Source: Ylistrum balloti
Lineage: Eukaryota
Assembly: GCF_031769215.1 (NCBI RefSeq)
Contig: NW_026782827.1
Span: forward strand, 1-64,000
Length of the DNA stretch: 64,000 nucleotides
Direction of reading: 5' to 3'
The position numbers and the translations under genes are program-made. Shown piece by piece: positions 26,519-38,700 of the stretch. The notes beneath the pieces were generated by a model, which was not told the origin of the DNA, made no database searches, and saw nothing but the letters and a program-made list of their open reading frames with translations. Positions within the stretch are counted from its first letter, which is position 1, and the number at the start of each line of letters is the position of its first letter.

Positions 26519-28129
26519 GGCGGAGGCAAGACAGGAGAGAGGCTCACCCGAGCAAGAAACATCCTTTACCATTGTACAAAAGACATATATGAACGCTTTT
26601 CACTATAAATTTAAAATAAATTACATTATCGCCAAACAATGAATATACTGCATCATACGTCTGTTTCGCCCTTCTAGGACTCTTTACTGATGCTATGGAC
26701 CTAACTTCTGAAATGAATAATGTATAAAGAAACAATACTGATCGAAAGAAATATAAAAATTTAGGTAGGTAGGTAGGTGCCCTAACCCCATAATTCAATC
26801 AATTTCAGAATTTCGATATATCTAATAATTTTAAAAGATCGTCAAGTACTTGTGTATATTCTGAACCCTGTCACCATTCGAATTAAGTAAAATGTGGCAA
26901 AGACCGTTTCATGACTCTAAAGACTGTACATTGTACAACTGAATATCATTTATTCATACAAATTAAGACAGGGCCAAACAATGAATTAAACTGCACCAAA
27001 CATCTGTTTCGTCCTTTAGGATTCGTCGGTGATGTTAAGTGCCTAAATTTTGAAGCCTTTGTGGCGATTGAGGAATATCGAAAGTGGTCGAAAGAAATGT
27101 TAGAATATAGACGGGGAATCATCTGGATTTATTTCACTATATGTTTTTCATTTAAAAGAATACATATTGCATCACTGAAAAGTTAAATGGCATCATGTAT
27201 AAAGTGACTATGTCAAACCTGTCTATTCCAGCGCAGCTCCGACATCTGTACTCCAGTTTGGCTGAACAAAATCTCGCAGACTCTCGCAAATTAATTGAAG
27301 CAGCTCTCCAGGCAGACAAACCTGTGATCATGGGGGATCTAAATACTGGCCCTGAAATACCAGCCAACAACATCACTAACGAATTTGAGGGTAACTATCG
27401 CAGAGCTAAACAAAAGGTAGCAGTAAGGGGTGTTGATAAATGATTACAGAATGAAGACAGATAGCAAAAATACAAAGAAATAAAAGTTCATGACATTGAT
27501 GAGTTAATCCTGTCTGTTGATTAAGTAATTTTCTGTCGTTAGATTTGCTTATCTATATTACCTAGTGATCGCTGTACCCTATAATTGATATAACTGTACA
27601 TTAAACATGTAAATCGTTTATAGATTCCTACAACGAATTCCTGTCCCAGGGCTTCCAGTCCCCGTATGTTACCATGGTGGGAAAATGTACTTTTTGTCGT
27701 AAGAATCCTCTTGTTGAAGACTGGGAATATGATGAAGTGCTGGATCACGTGTTGGTCAGAAATCACACAGTTCTGGGTGCCAAGGTATACTACTTCTATG
27801 TGGCGTTGATGTTTAATTAGAAGACGTAATTTCTAGTGTAGGTGAGGAGTAATTGAAAGTTTAATGAAGAGTTGATAAAGTTGTTAAGGTTCCAACTCCC
27901 ATTCTATGTCTAAAGGTAAGATTTGTAATTAGCCCACATCTCAAAAACGAATGATTAAGTTAGCACCGTTTTATCTACCAGAACGGGGAAGTTGCCAGAA
28001 AATATTGAATATACAATTATAATTTGGTCATTACTGTTCTTGTTACAGCGGATATACGACCAAAACATTCCTGGTAAAGATTTCCCGATGTCCGATCACT
28101 ATGGCGTGGAGGTAGAAGTTGGAAACTGA
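22218..28129 (+). CDS. EEP gene B: secreted EEP-family protein with Cys-rich insert, 356 aa
   Basis: Exons 22218-22400, 23467-23886, 24987-25053, 27232-27390, 27624-27784, 28049-28129 (TGA). Same intron positions and phases as gene A. Signal peptide MMQPFCMTLLCMVSLWCVVQA; TYN, CLQE, CSH, GDLN, LDH, SDH all intact. Confidence 0.93.
25255..25505. repeat. Compound minisatellite in gene B intron 3: 33-bp unit (4-5 copies) then 27-bp unit (3 copies)
   Basis: ATCATAACTAGTTATCGTCGACGGAGAAGTCTT repeats, then ATAAAGCTAGTCATAACTGGAATTCTT repeats. Confidence 0.9.
26478..26516. repeat. (GA)n microsatellite
   Basis: Direct reading. Confidence 0.95.
26650..26693 (-). ncRNA. Degenerate type I minimal hammerhead ribozyme, copy 1
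   Basis: Minus strand: GCATCA-gTaAAGA-GTCC TAGAA GGGC-GAAA-CAGAC-GTA-TGATGC. Stem I is a perfect 6 bp, stem II is 4 bp, with GAAA and a GUA triplet. The core differs from CUGANGA at two conserved positions. Confidence 0.7.
26993..27035 (-). ncRNA. Degenerate type I minimal hammerhead ribozyme, copy 2
   Basis: Minus strand: ACATCA-CcGACGA-aTCC TAAA GGAC-GAAA-CAGAT-GTT-TGGTGC. Stem I is 5 bp, with one core substitution and one stem II mismatch; flanks are homologous to copy 1. Confidence 0.7.
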
Positions 28130-28184
28130 CCACGAAAATCATACACAAATATATCACAAAACACATGAGAGTGAACTTTTTTCT

Positions 28185-28540
28185 CATACATATACATGTA
28201 TATCTGTCTCTGTAACACCAGTCTGATCTATATATAACATATACATGTATATCTGTCTCTGTAACACCAGTCTGATCTATATATAACACCATATACATGT
28301 ATATCTGTCTCTGTAATACCAGTCTGATCAATATATAACACCATATACATGTATATCTGTCTCTGTAACACCAGTCTGATCAATATATAACACCATATAC
28401 ATGTATATCTGTCTCTGTAACACCAGTCTGATCTATATATAACATATACATGTATATCTGTCTCTGTAACACCAGTCTGATCTATATATAACATACACAT
28501 GTATATCTGTCTTTGTAACACCAGTCTGATCAATATATAA
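28185..28540. repeat. 44-47-bp minisatellite just downstream of the gene B stop (about 8 copies)
   Basis: ATATACATGTATATCTGTCTCTGTAACACCAGTCTGATC(T/A)ATATATAAC(ACC) units. Confidence 0.95.
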
Positions 28541-31009
28541 CAACATAAAAACATAAAAAAAAACATAAAGAAAAAAAAAAAAAAATACCACAATTATGTA
28601 TTCCTGAACTGAATTGTAGTGACTTTACATTCTGGAATTTTGTTAATGTAAAATATGAAATATTAGATTTGTTTCAATGAGTAAGAGACAAATGTTACCT
28701 TGGCTCTTTTTACTTGAAAACCTTCGATCGTGATTTGTCACGACAAATCTAAAGGCTCATTTTGTGATTTCAATAGTCTGGAAAAATCACACCAACAAAA
28801 ATATTAAATCAAAATCGCTTGATTTTGATGAACAGATGTTGCACAATTTTTTAAAAGCAACAAAGAAAATGTTGACACGTCAAGAGAGTCTTGGTTCAAA
28901 TTTAAATTCGATGACACGAGAGCAAAATTTCAAAAAATGTTTACACTGATATCAACGAAAGGAGGAAAGTAAGACCAGGTGTTCCGGAAGGATGTCAGTC
29001 TAGTGACTGGACAGTTTTATGTGTCTGAAACTCATCAAATTACTGATAAATAGCTTTCTTTTTGTCACAACATACTCGCAGGATCTTTTTGAAATTTTCA
29101 AATAAAATACCCCAAGGATGCCAGGACAGACAAGATGTTAAGGTAACGAGCATGAGACTAAGATACATAGTACATGGAAACTTGTTTTACTCAAACAATC
29201 ATACTTCAAATTGCTCGAAAAAGTAGCCTTACAATGAGTCCTGTAAGTAATGGCTGTGTATGAAGTGACATTATAGCATCAAAGATTTGTACTTTTCTTG
29301 TTGTTAAGGGTTTCTCAAATATGTTCCCGACAGGCGACACGTGGTTTTGTATCCAATACAAAAATATGAGGGATTATCCAAACCTGTTTATTTCGCATGA
29401 ATTATGCGGAAGGTTTAGATATAGGAACGTGAGGTTTAGAGAATATCATCGACAAGAAATTTATTTAAAGGACTAGATATTTAGATTTTCATTCCATAAA
29501 TGATAATTATCTGTGAAAAGTTGAGCAAGAACGCCAAAATATTAAAATAAGATACGAGCATACCAACACCAATTCACATTATTATCGTTCGGAGAGCGTA
29601 AACAACGTCTTTGTGTATGCAAATTTAGATATGTAATCATAACACCGAATGGCGGTAGACACATCAGCGAATGTCGACCAGTGTTAGTTTGAAATTGATA
29701 ATCTTTATCAATCTTTCTCAGAAAGCGCTGTACGTTTGTGAATAGTCTATTTTTAAGTATGACAACGCCTGCCCGAAGTCAAACACGTGGAAAAATTAAC
29801 GAAATCCAACCAGTTAGTCCATTCAAAGAGCCCAATATACAAAAACAGTGGAAGGGGGCATGATAGTGGGCGTGGTAAGAAGGTTGATGATTTATATACA
29901 ACGCTTTCCTCGGTAGAAAATGTAACGTCTGGTATGTCTAAACATCAGCGGAAATCACAGCTTTACGAAATGTAGCGTTGTTGATGAAATAAATTAACTC
30001 CTAGAGTCTGGAATAACTGATATATCAGCATAAATGGTCTCAAGTGTAGAAAAAAGGAACAGGAAAAAACAAAAGAAGGCACGTGACATTTAAAACTACA
30101 TTCAAACACGTGACAAATGATCCGCTGATTAAACTGTTTTTCAACAAAAGTTATTTTTTTCATTTCATAACAATCATTGAGTTTTCGTATGTCGGGAAAA
30201 ACACAATTATGATTAGTGAACTATTTAAGTAAAACATTAAAAAAGAAAATATTCAGTTTAGTTGTATTGGTATGTTAGTATGGGAATTTAAGGCAACGCT
30301 TTGCTAATTACATTTTTGGTTTCTGAGAATTAGTGGTTGGTTAAACTTTATAACACTAACATGCGGACTTTTTATCAGTCACCCGTAAATAACTACTCGC
30401 CATAAACATGATCAATTTAAGAAAAAAAAAAAAAAAAAAATAGAACGCAGGGTATGTCTTAAATCCTGCTATAAACATACACTAACAGGGTCGTCTTCAT
30501 TGATAACAAACGACATGTAGTAGTTTTTAATATGAAGAAAATTCACTCCATAAGATGACAATTCGGCCGCTGTCATATCTAATTGACCTATTTTAAACGT
30601 TAAACGTATTAAGACTTTCACTGTGATCAGTAATTTGTGCAGATTTAAACATAGTATAGATTGTTTCATCCTGTTTAACAAACATTATCTATTTCAGTTT
30701 CTATTGTGTATTTACTAAGCAGGCCTTTTGCGTTTATCAACAACTAGGAGTAAAACGAAATATTTTTCACGAAATCCATAGAAAGACTTACAGTTTCTCT
30801 GTAATTTTTATTTCCAAGATATTTGTTTTCTCGATTTTCATCTTACCTCATCATATTACCTCGTAGATAACGGTATTACAATAACACATTACATAATTGG
30901 AAAGTGTATTTACTCTCACTACTTCAAAAATTACACACAAGGAAGGACATCTTTTATAGTATTCTGATACAGTCATATATGTTTAAGATATCTTTGATAG
31001 AAAATTTGA

Positions 31010-31477
31010 NNNNNNNNNNNNNNNNNNNNNNNNNNNNNNNNNNNNNNNNNNNNNNNNNNNNNNNNNNNNNNNNNNNNNNNNNNNNNNNNNNNNNNNNNNN
31101 NNNNNNNNNNNNNNNNNNNNNNNNNNNNNNNNNNNNNNNNNNNNNNNNNNNNNNNNNNNNNNNNNNNNNNNNNNNNNNNNNNNNNNNNNNNNNNNNNNNN
31201 NNNNNNNNNNNNNNNNNNNNNNNNNNNNNNNNNNNNNNNNNNNNNNNNNNNNNNNNNNNNNNNNNNNNNNNNNNNNNNNNNNNNNNNNNNNNNNNNNNNN
31301 NNNNNNNNNNNNNNNNNNNNNNNNNNNNNNNNNNNNNNNNNNNNNNNNNNNNNNNNNNNNNNNNNNNNNNNNNNNNNNNNNNNNNNNNNNNNNNNNNNNN
31401 NNNNNNNNNNNNNNNNNNNNNNNNNNNNNNNNNNNNNNNNNNNNNNNNNNNNNNNNNNNNNNNNNNNNNNNNNNNNN
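31010..31477. other. Assembly gap (468 N)
   Basis: Run of n. Confidence 1.
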
Positions 31478-32195
31478 AGAAGTTGGCTTCTAAAACTTGT
31501 TTATTTATTTATTTTTTTTTTTTTGAGAAATTCTGGCTAATTCTAGCTACTAGGACAATAAAAAGACTAATATTTGAAACAGAATATCGGGAAGGAAATT
31601 ACTGTTTGTTGGTTACAAAATTTGAAGATTGGGTGTTTTTATTATTTAAGATAACACAGAATGTTAAAGGACTATGTCATAAAATGTGTATGTAAACAAG
31701 ATGCTACTTGATTAAATTAAAATTGTCTATAAACCCTATTTTATGTAGAGTCGTAACAGCTGATTCTTGTATTTACAACAAGGCTATATTTGGCATGTAT
31801 GGGTTGTGACGATCATGTGATAAAGTAGCCTTGTTGTAATTGTTTTCAGACTCAGCTGTTGCAAGGTGCCCAATAATTCCACAGTTTGAATTGTTTCACT
31901 TATTGGTCTGATGTTCAAAGCAGATCTCAAAATATTTTTACTGGCCATCACGCAAAACTGCTTAAGCTACAAGAAACTCTTCCATTGAATCTTTTATAAA
32001 TATTGTATATTACCTTCTTGACCATATGTAATACGAGCATATTGCTCAAGATGTTATCAAGAATAAATAAAGCCTATTACTTATTATTATTATTATTATT
32101 AATATTATTTTTTTTCCCGCCAAAACTCTAATTTGCAATCTTCTGACTTAATCACAGCCGTACATCTGATACATGCTTTTTTCTACGCTATCACA

Positions 32196-32229
32196 CTGAC
32201 GAGTTCTAGAAAGACGAAACACATGTAGG
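32196..32229 (+). ncRNA. Hammerhead-core-like motif (intact CTGACGA and GAAA boxes, poor stem I)
   Basis: CTGACGA-GTTCT AGAA AGAC-GAAA-CACAT-GTA-GGATAC. Stem II has one bulge and no clean stem I partner is present. Confidence 0.45.
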
Positions 32230-32752
32230 ATACAGCCGAAGGCATGAGTAATTAAAACCTTCCACACGTACCAACCTCTCGACATCACCATATGAAGAAC
32301 AATACTGTGTGAACCAATATTATCGTATCGGTGCCTGAGGCTTTCTTGTCAAGAAAGAGAATATGTCAAAGGTCATTACATCTAGTGGAACGTTACGTAC
32401 AGATTTCAAATGTTATCTCGACCAATCTTAAATGATGATGATAATGGTGTTTCAAAGGGCGAGCCGATTTGATCATATCTCTAATATTGGACATTTATAA
32501 CACATATTACATATTCATACCATTCAGTTCCAATTAAGACGGCTCCGTCAAATAATGGGAATGTATAATACTTTATATGTGTTAATAACAACATAACGGC
32601 TAATAGCTTGTTATGTTCCTTATATGTAAATACGATTACATGAGCACACTCAAACGTATGAATGATTCGTACTCTGACGTACTTCTCCTGATTAACAGTA
32701 GGTCTATAACTGATACTTGTTAATCTGAACGCCTAACAACTGGAAGACGAAG

Positions 32753-34475
32753 AACAACAGAGGAGGGACAACAGAGGAGGGACAACAGAGGAGGGACAAC
32801 AGAGGAGGGACAAGAGAAGAGGGACAACAGAGGAGGGACAACAGAGGAGGGACAAGAGAAGAGGGACAACAGAGGAGGGACAAGAGAAGAGGGACAAGAG
32901 AAGGGGACAACAGAGGAGGGACAAGAGAAGAGGGACAACAGAGGAGGGACAACAGAAAAGGGACAAGAGAAGAGGGACAACAGAGGAGGGACAAGAGAAG
33001 AGGGACAAGAGAAGAGGGACAAGAGAAGAGGGACAACAGAGGAGGGACAACAGAAAAGGGACAAGAGAAGAGGGACAACAGAGGAGGGACAACAGAGGAG
33101 GGACAAGAGAAGAGGGACAACAGAGGAGGGACAACAGAGGAGGGACAAGAGAAGAGGGACAACAGAGGAGGGACAACAGAGGAGGGACAACAGAAGAGGG
33201 ACAAGAGAAGGGGGACAACAGAGGGACAACAGAGGAGGGACAAGAGAAGAGGGACAAGAGAAGGGGGACAACAGAGGAGGGACAAGAGAAGAGGGACAAC
33301 AGAGGAGGGACAACAGAAAAGGGACAAGAGAAGAGGGACAACAGAGGAGGGACAACAGAGGAAGTACAACAGAGGAGGGACAACAGAAGAGGGACAACAG
33401 AGGAGGGACAACAGAAGAGGGACAAGAGAAGGGGGACAACAGAGGAGGGACAACAGAGGAGGGACAACAGAAGAGGGACAAGAGAAGAGGGACAACAGAG
33501 GAGGGACAACAGAAAAGGGACAAGAGAAGAGGGACAACAGAGGAGGGACAACAGAGGAAGTACAACAGAGGAGGGACAACAGAGGAGGGACAACAGAGGA
33601 GGGACAAGAGAAGAGGGACAAGAGAAGAGGGACAACAGAGGAGGGACAAGAGAAGAGGGACAACAGAGGAGGGACAACAGAAAAGGGACAAGAGAAGAGG
33701 GACAACAGAGGAGGGACAACAGAGGAAGTACAACAGAGGAGGGACAACAGAAGAGGGACAACAGAGGAGGGACAACAGAAGAGGGACAAGAGAAGGGGGA
33801 CAACAGAGGAGGGACAACAGAGGAGGGACAACAGAAGAGGGACAAGAGAAGAGGGACAACAGAGGAGGGACAACAGAAAAGGGACAAGAGAAGAGGGACA
33901 ACAGAGGAGGGACAACAGAGGAAGTACAACAGAGGAGGGACAACAGAGGAGGGACAACAGAGGAGGGACAAGAGAAGAGGGACAAGAGAAGAGGGACAAC
34001 AGAGGAGGGACAACAGAAAAGGGACAACAGAGGAGGGACAACAGAGGAGGGACAACAGAGGAGGGACAAGAGAAGAGGGACAACAGAGGAGGGACAACAG
34101 AGGAGGGACAAGAGAAGAGGGACAACAGAGGAGGGACAACAGAGGAGGGACAAGAGAAGAGGGACAAGAGAAGGGGGACAACAGAGGGACAACAGAGGAG
34201 GGACAAGAGAAGAGGGACAAGAGAAGAGGGACAAGAGAAGAGGGACAACAGAGGAGGGACAACAGAAAAGGGCCAAGAGAAGAGGGACAACAGAGGAGGG
34301 ACAACAGAGGAGGGACAAGAGAAGAGGGACAAGAGAAGAGGGACAACAGAGGAGGGACAGCAGAAGAGGGACAACAGAGGAGGGACAACAGAAGAGGGAC
34401 AACAGAGGAGGGACAACAGAAGAGGGACAACAGAGGAGGGACAGCAGAAGAGGGACAACAGAGGAGGGACAACAA
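32753..34475. repeat. 14-bp purine-rich minisatellite, about 120 copies (GGGACAACAGAGGA / GGGACAAGAGAAGA)
   Basis: The plus strand is almost devoid of T. It produces the three spurious ~600-aa minus-strand ORFs. Confidence 0.98.
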
Positions 34476-35009
34476 AAGAGAAGGTAAAATACCAGAGTAC
34501 GTTTTACTGTGTAAATCACCAAAAGTGGTTACAGAAATACTGCTCAGTAGCACCGATGTATTTGTTTAAGTTTCCAAGCAACAGCTAATAATATAAAAAG
34601 GTTTTCAAGTTGATGATGTGACCAATTATTGTCGATTTTATAGTGCCGTCACACTGAAATGCTATAACTCTGATGCAATAGCATGACAGTCCTCCGGTTA
34701 CACGATACTGGTAATGGGAGAAAAAGTTCAGATTTCAAATTTAGTAATATATACAGCAGGTTCATTTTAGACACTTTCGAGTTCAAAAGAAAAGAAAATT
34801 TGCGGAATCACTGAGGAGATAGACCCTGGTGCAATACTAAAGGTCTACCAAAATTGAAGTTCCGTATACCAGGTTAATATATATGTCCGGTTTAAATTAA
34901 AGGACGTTGTAGATAGTAGTTCTGTGTATCACTAGGAACCGCTTTAGATAAATTGTAGGTATTTCACATGAATACGCAGCGTTGGTTACTTCACCAGAAT
35001 ATGGAGCGT

Positions 35010-35690
35010 GGGTATCTCGATCGGAATACAGGGTGTAGATATATCGATGGAAGACAGAATGTAGATATTTCCATCGGAATACAGAATGTAAGTACCTCTA
35101 TTGGAATACAGAGTGTAAATATCTCCATGGAATACAGAATGTAAGTACCTCTATTGGAATACAGAGTGTAAGTACCTCTATTGGAATACAGAGTGTAAGT
35201 ACCTCTATTGGAATACAGAGTGTAAGAATCTCCATGGAATACAGAGTGTAAATATCTCCATGGAATACAGAATGTAAGTACCTCTATTGGAATACAGAAT
35301 GTAAGTACCGCTATTGGAATACAGAGTGTAAGTACCTCTATTGGAATACAGAGTGTAAGTACCTCTATTGGAATACAGAATGTAAGTACCTCTATTGGAA
35401 TACAGAATGTAAGTACCTCTATTGGAATACAGAGTGTAAGTACCTCTATTGGAATACAGAGTGTAGATATCTCCATGTAATACAGAGTGTAAGTATCTCC
35501 ATGGAATACAGATTGTATATATGTTCATTGGAAGTGTAGTTATCTCCGGAATACAGAGGGCAGGAATCCCCAACGGTATACGGAGTGTAGATATCTCCAT
35601 CGGAATACAATATGGAGGCATCTCCGTGGAAGTGTAGATATATCCACCATTATACAGAGTGTAAATACAAGCATCTCCACGTAATGTAAA
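35010..35690. repeat. 26-27-bp minisatellite ending just upstream of the gene C exon acceptor
   Basis: GGAATACAGAGTGTAAGTACCTCTATT and GGAATACAGAGTGTAAATATCTCCAT variants, degenerating towards 35690. Confidence 0.95.
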
Positions 35691-35746
35691 TGGCTTTACC
35701 ATTTGTCGAGCATAAATCTTTTTGTTTTGTTACCAGATTTCACAGG

Positions 35747-38700
35747 ATGACATTTGTATGGCTGTTGTGTTTGACATCGCTGTGTATGACTTTACATCTG
35801 GGCACATCCTCAGCAATTAAAATACAGACTTACAATGCTGGCTTACTTAGCCAAATAGACAACTATGATGACCGGAAACCAAACATCATCCGGGCACTGC
35901 AATCCGCAGATTATGACGTCATGTGTCTTCAAGAGGTACCTATAATTTTTTTTTAAAATTTATTTTATATTTGATGATACATGTATAGGAAATTAGTGAT
36001 GATAAATGTATAAGCTAGTATGTACGTTAACAGCGAACGTGAGGACGGGTTTTTAATGAAACCTGTGAAATTCAATTGAAGTATGATTTACAGTAAAGAT
36101 CCATACATAAAGTACATCATGACTTTAATATGTTTTATGTTAAAAGAAAATGCCCCGATATCGACAATATGACCTACCACCAAACATGATTCACTATTTC
36201 ATCAAAATAGCTCTTCAGGAAAGCTTTTATTCTCTCAACAGTTATCCTGTATGGAAGATCCTCGTTAAAGTCACCCTAAGACTCTTGGCATGTATGACCT
36301 ATGCCTGTACTAAGGGAACTGTCCTACAGAGGTTGTAATCATCGTTTGTTAAGCATTAAGTTCGATATCTATATAGTGTAGTGACAACAACCTGAATGAA
36401 ACATCCGATCTGGCCGAATAGGAATACCTTCTATTGATTATAGGGAAACACTTTGCATTTCTTTAATGTAATGGTTTGTATCAGACTATGATTTCATATA
36501 TGTAGCTTAACACATCATCTAAAGAAAGCAATAAGATTTTAAAAACGAAACCAAATTAGTATTTGCATGTCTATTTTTAACTACAAAAAAGTATGAGACT
36601 TTTGAGGAAAATGATATACACATTTGCAGGTATTTTACATAAAACCTTGAAGGCATATATTATGTTGAGTGAATTATTTGATTCTCTTTCTTAACGAGGA
36701 AACGAATTTCGAAGCAACGTTGGAGAGACATGTAAATACTTTGTCATACTCACCTAAATACATATAATAGTGTGTAAGCATTTTCCCCTTGTTGACATGT
36801 AGGGTACATGTATACTACTAAACAGCCTGTCTAACATCTTGCTAACGTTGTACGGTATAGTCTCTTACCTACTACATATACATATTTAACCATTGAAAGT
36901 CGTCAGATGGTCGTTATTTCTTTTATGAATGCAATGTAGGTACATATGTATATCAAAAACGATAGTATAGGTATTAATATCAGCTCTGAGCTTTGTTTAA
37001 ATTGATACCATTTGTTGTTTCAAGGAAATTAATTATTTCTAAAGGTACATAGCAAAATTTAAGATCGATGCTTTTCAATCAGAAATTGTGATTTAAAAAA
37101 AAAATTGGTTTCCAGGTGTGGTTCGGAGATGATGTAGGTATGCTGAAGAGGGAGTTGGACAGAAGCGTTTATATCTACACACCGCCTTTGTACCAGGAGA
37201 AGATGTTTTGGGGAACAATAAACGCTCCCCCTTGTCACAACGCACCACTGACAGTAGCCTGTTCAGTGTTTAACTGTGCAGATCTGGTCAACAACATCCC
37301 TGCGTTCGTAAACTGTAGTGTTGATTGTGGACTTATGTCAGAGAGTCAGGAATGCATTTCTTGTCTAGCTTTTACTGGTTTAGATATGATGTTACGCTGC
37401 TTTAACTACTACAGGAGAGAATCAATCAATGCCCCTGGTGTGGTTCTTTTGAGTAAGAGGAAGGTGACATCCGCCAAAACGGTGTTCTTTGAACCCAACG
37501 TGAAACAGATCATCAAACGGGCGTATATCGAGGCAGAAGTTAGTGTGTTATATAGATAATTTCTACCGAATTATCTCTTCATTTAGCGGTTAGAAAATTA
37601 GAACACATTCGTAAGGATTTTACTAATACCTGGAATTATATCAACAGAAAGCCAGATGTGTTTTGATCCTGATTGGTTGAAATCTACCTTTTCGAACAAA
37701 TTTTTGATGTTTCTGGTGTCAAGTTTTTAATGTATGTAATTGTTAAATTTATTTACAGCTTTAGAATCTGTAAGTATGTCTTTTATTTTCACGTGAAATA
37801 ATATGATATTTTGTAGGCCAGGGTACTTTTTATAAGTGATCAATAGGTCGGGAGATCACATGTTGCAGAAGGTTTTAATGAGTTAGTTTTCCAAAGGCTG
37901 ATCTTACTGCTGTTTGTTGGTTTTTGTTGGGTTCTATTTTCAACCACTTTGAAATTCTACAGACAATACCATAATACGTTTTCACCAACTGAAAACAATT
38001 GCACCTGACTAACAACCATTGGTCGCTGAGGCACTCTTCCAAATGTCAAAGGTTGACTTTTACATTATAAATACACGTGACCTTGAGATCAATGAAGGGA
38101 GGCATTGGTCTGTTGCATGGACAGGGATATATCTACCCGGATGTAATAGATTTGTGACCCTGCGCTCGGGTTAAGATATCCATGTCCATCAAACAGACTG
38201 TGTTACTAGCCACAGGAATGCACTTGTCAAATGTTTAAATAATGACGTCATTCCACCAGAACAAGTGGTAGACAGACAAATGACGTCATTGGACCAAAGC
38301 ATATGTATCTTAACAAGTTGGATATCAGAAAAATCTGGACGTAACTGTTTTGTGTTTCGTGATTGAGTTTCCACCCTCGAAAATTTTGTTAGCCATAGCT
38401 ACTTCCGGTCTTTTGTAAATGCGCGTTTGATCGATAAAAACCTAAACATTGTGCGACTATAATTTTACTATAACACCTTCGACATTACTCGTATTTATTT
38501 AAAGTACGTCACAAAGTTTTTGATGGATTCTTTGGTAAATAAACCTCCAAGGATGTTACTCTACACTATCAAAGGCTTTGCGACTGTTATTTTAGCTCTT
38601 GGATTATTTTTGAGCTTTAATTTAATTCTAATTTACACCCGATATGCAGTAAAACTTTTTTTCTGCATATTTTCCCATTGTAATAGAATATTTTCACAGT

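Noticed and set aside
30904-31695. 263-aa ORF
   Set aside because: It spans the N gap; artefact.
28600-32700. A fifth EEP paralog between B and C
   Set aside because: No EEP motif-coding sequence found by eye on either strand. The gap is too small to hold one if its size is accurate, but its true size is unknown.
32704-34553. Three ~600-aa Pro/Leu/Ser/Cys-rich minus-strand ORFs
   Set aside because: All three frames are open only because the 14-bp array has almost no A on that strand; translation artefact of a minisatellite.
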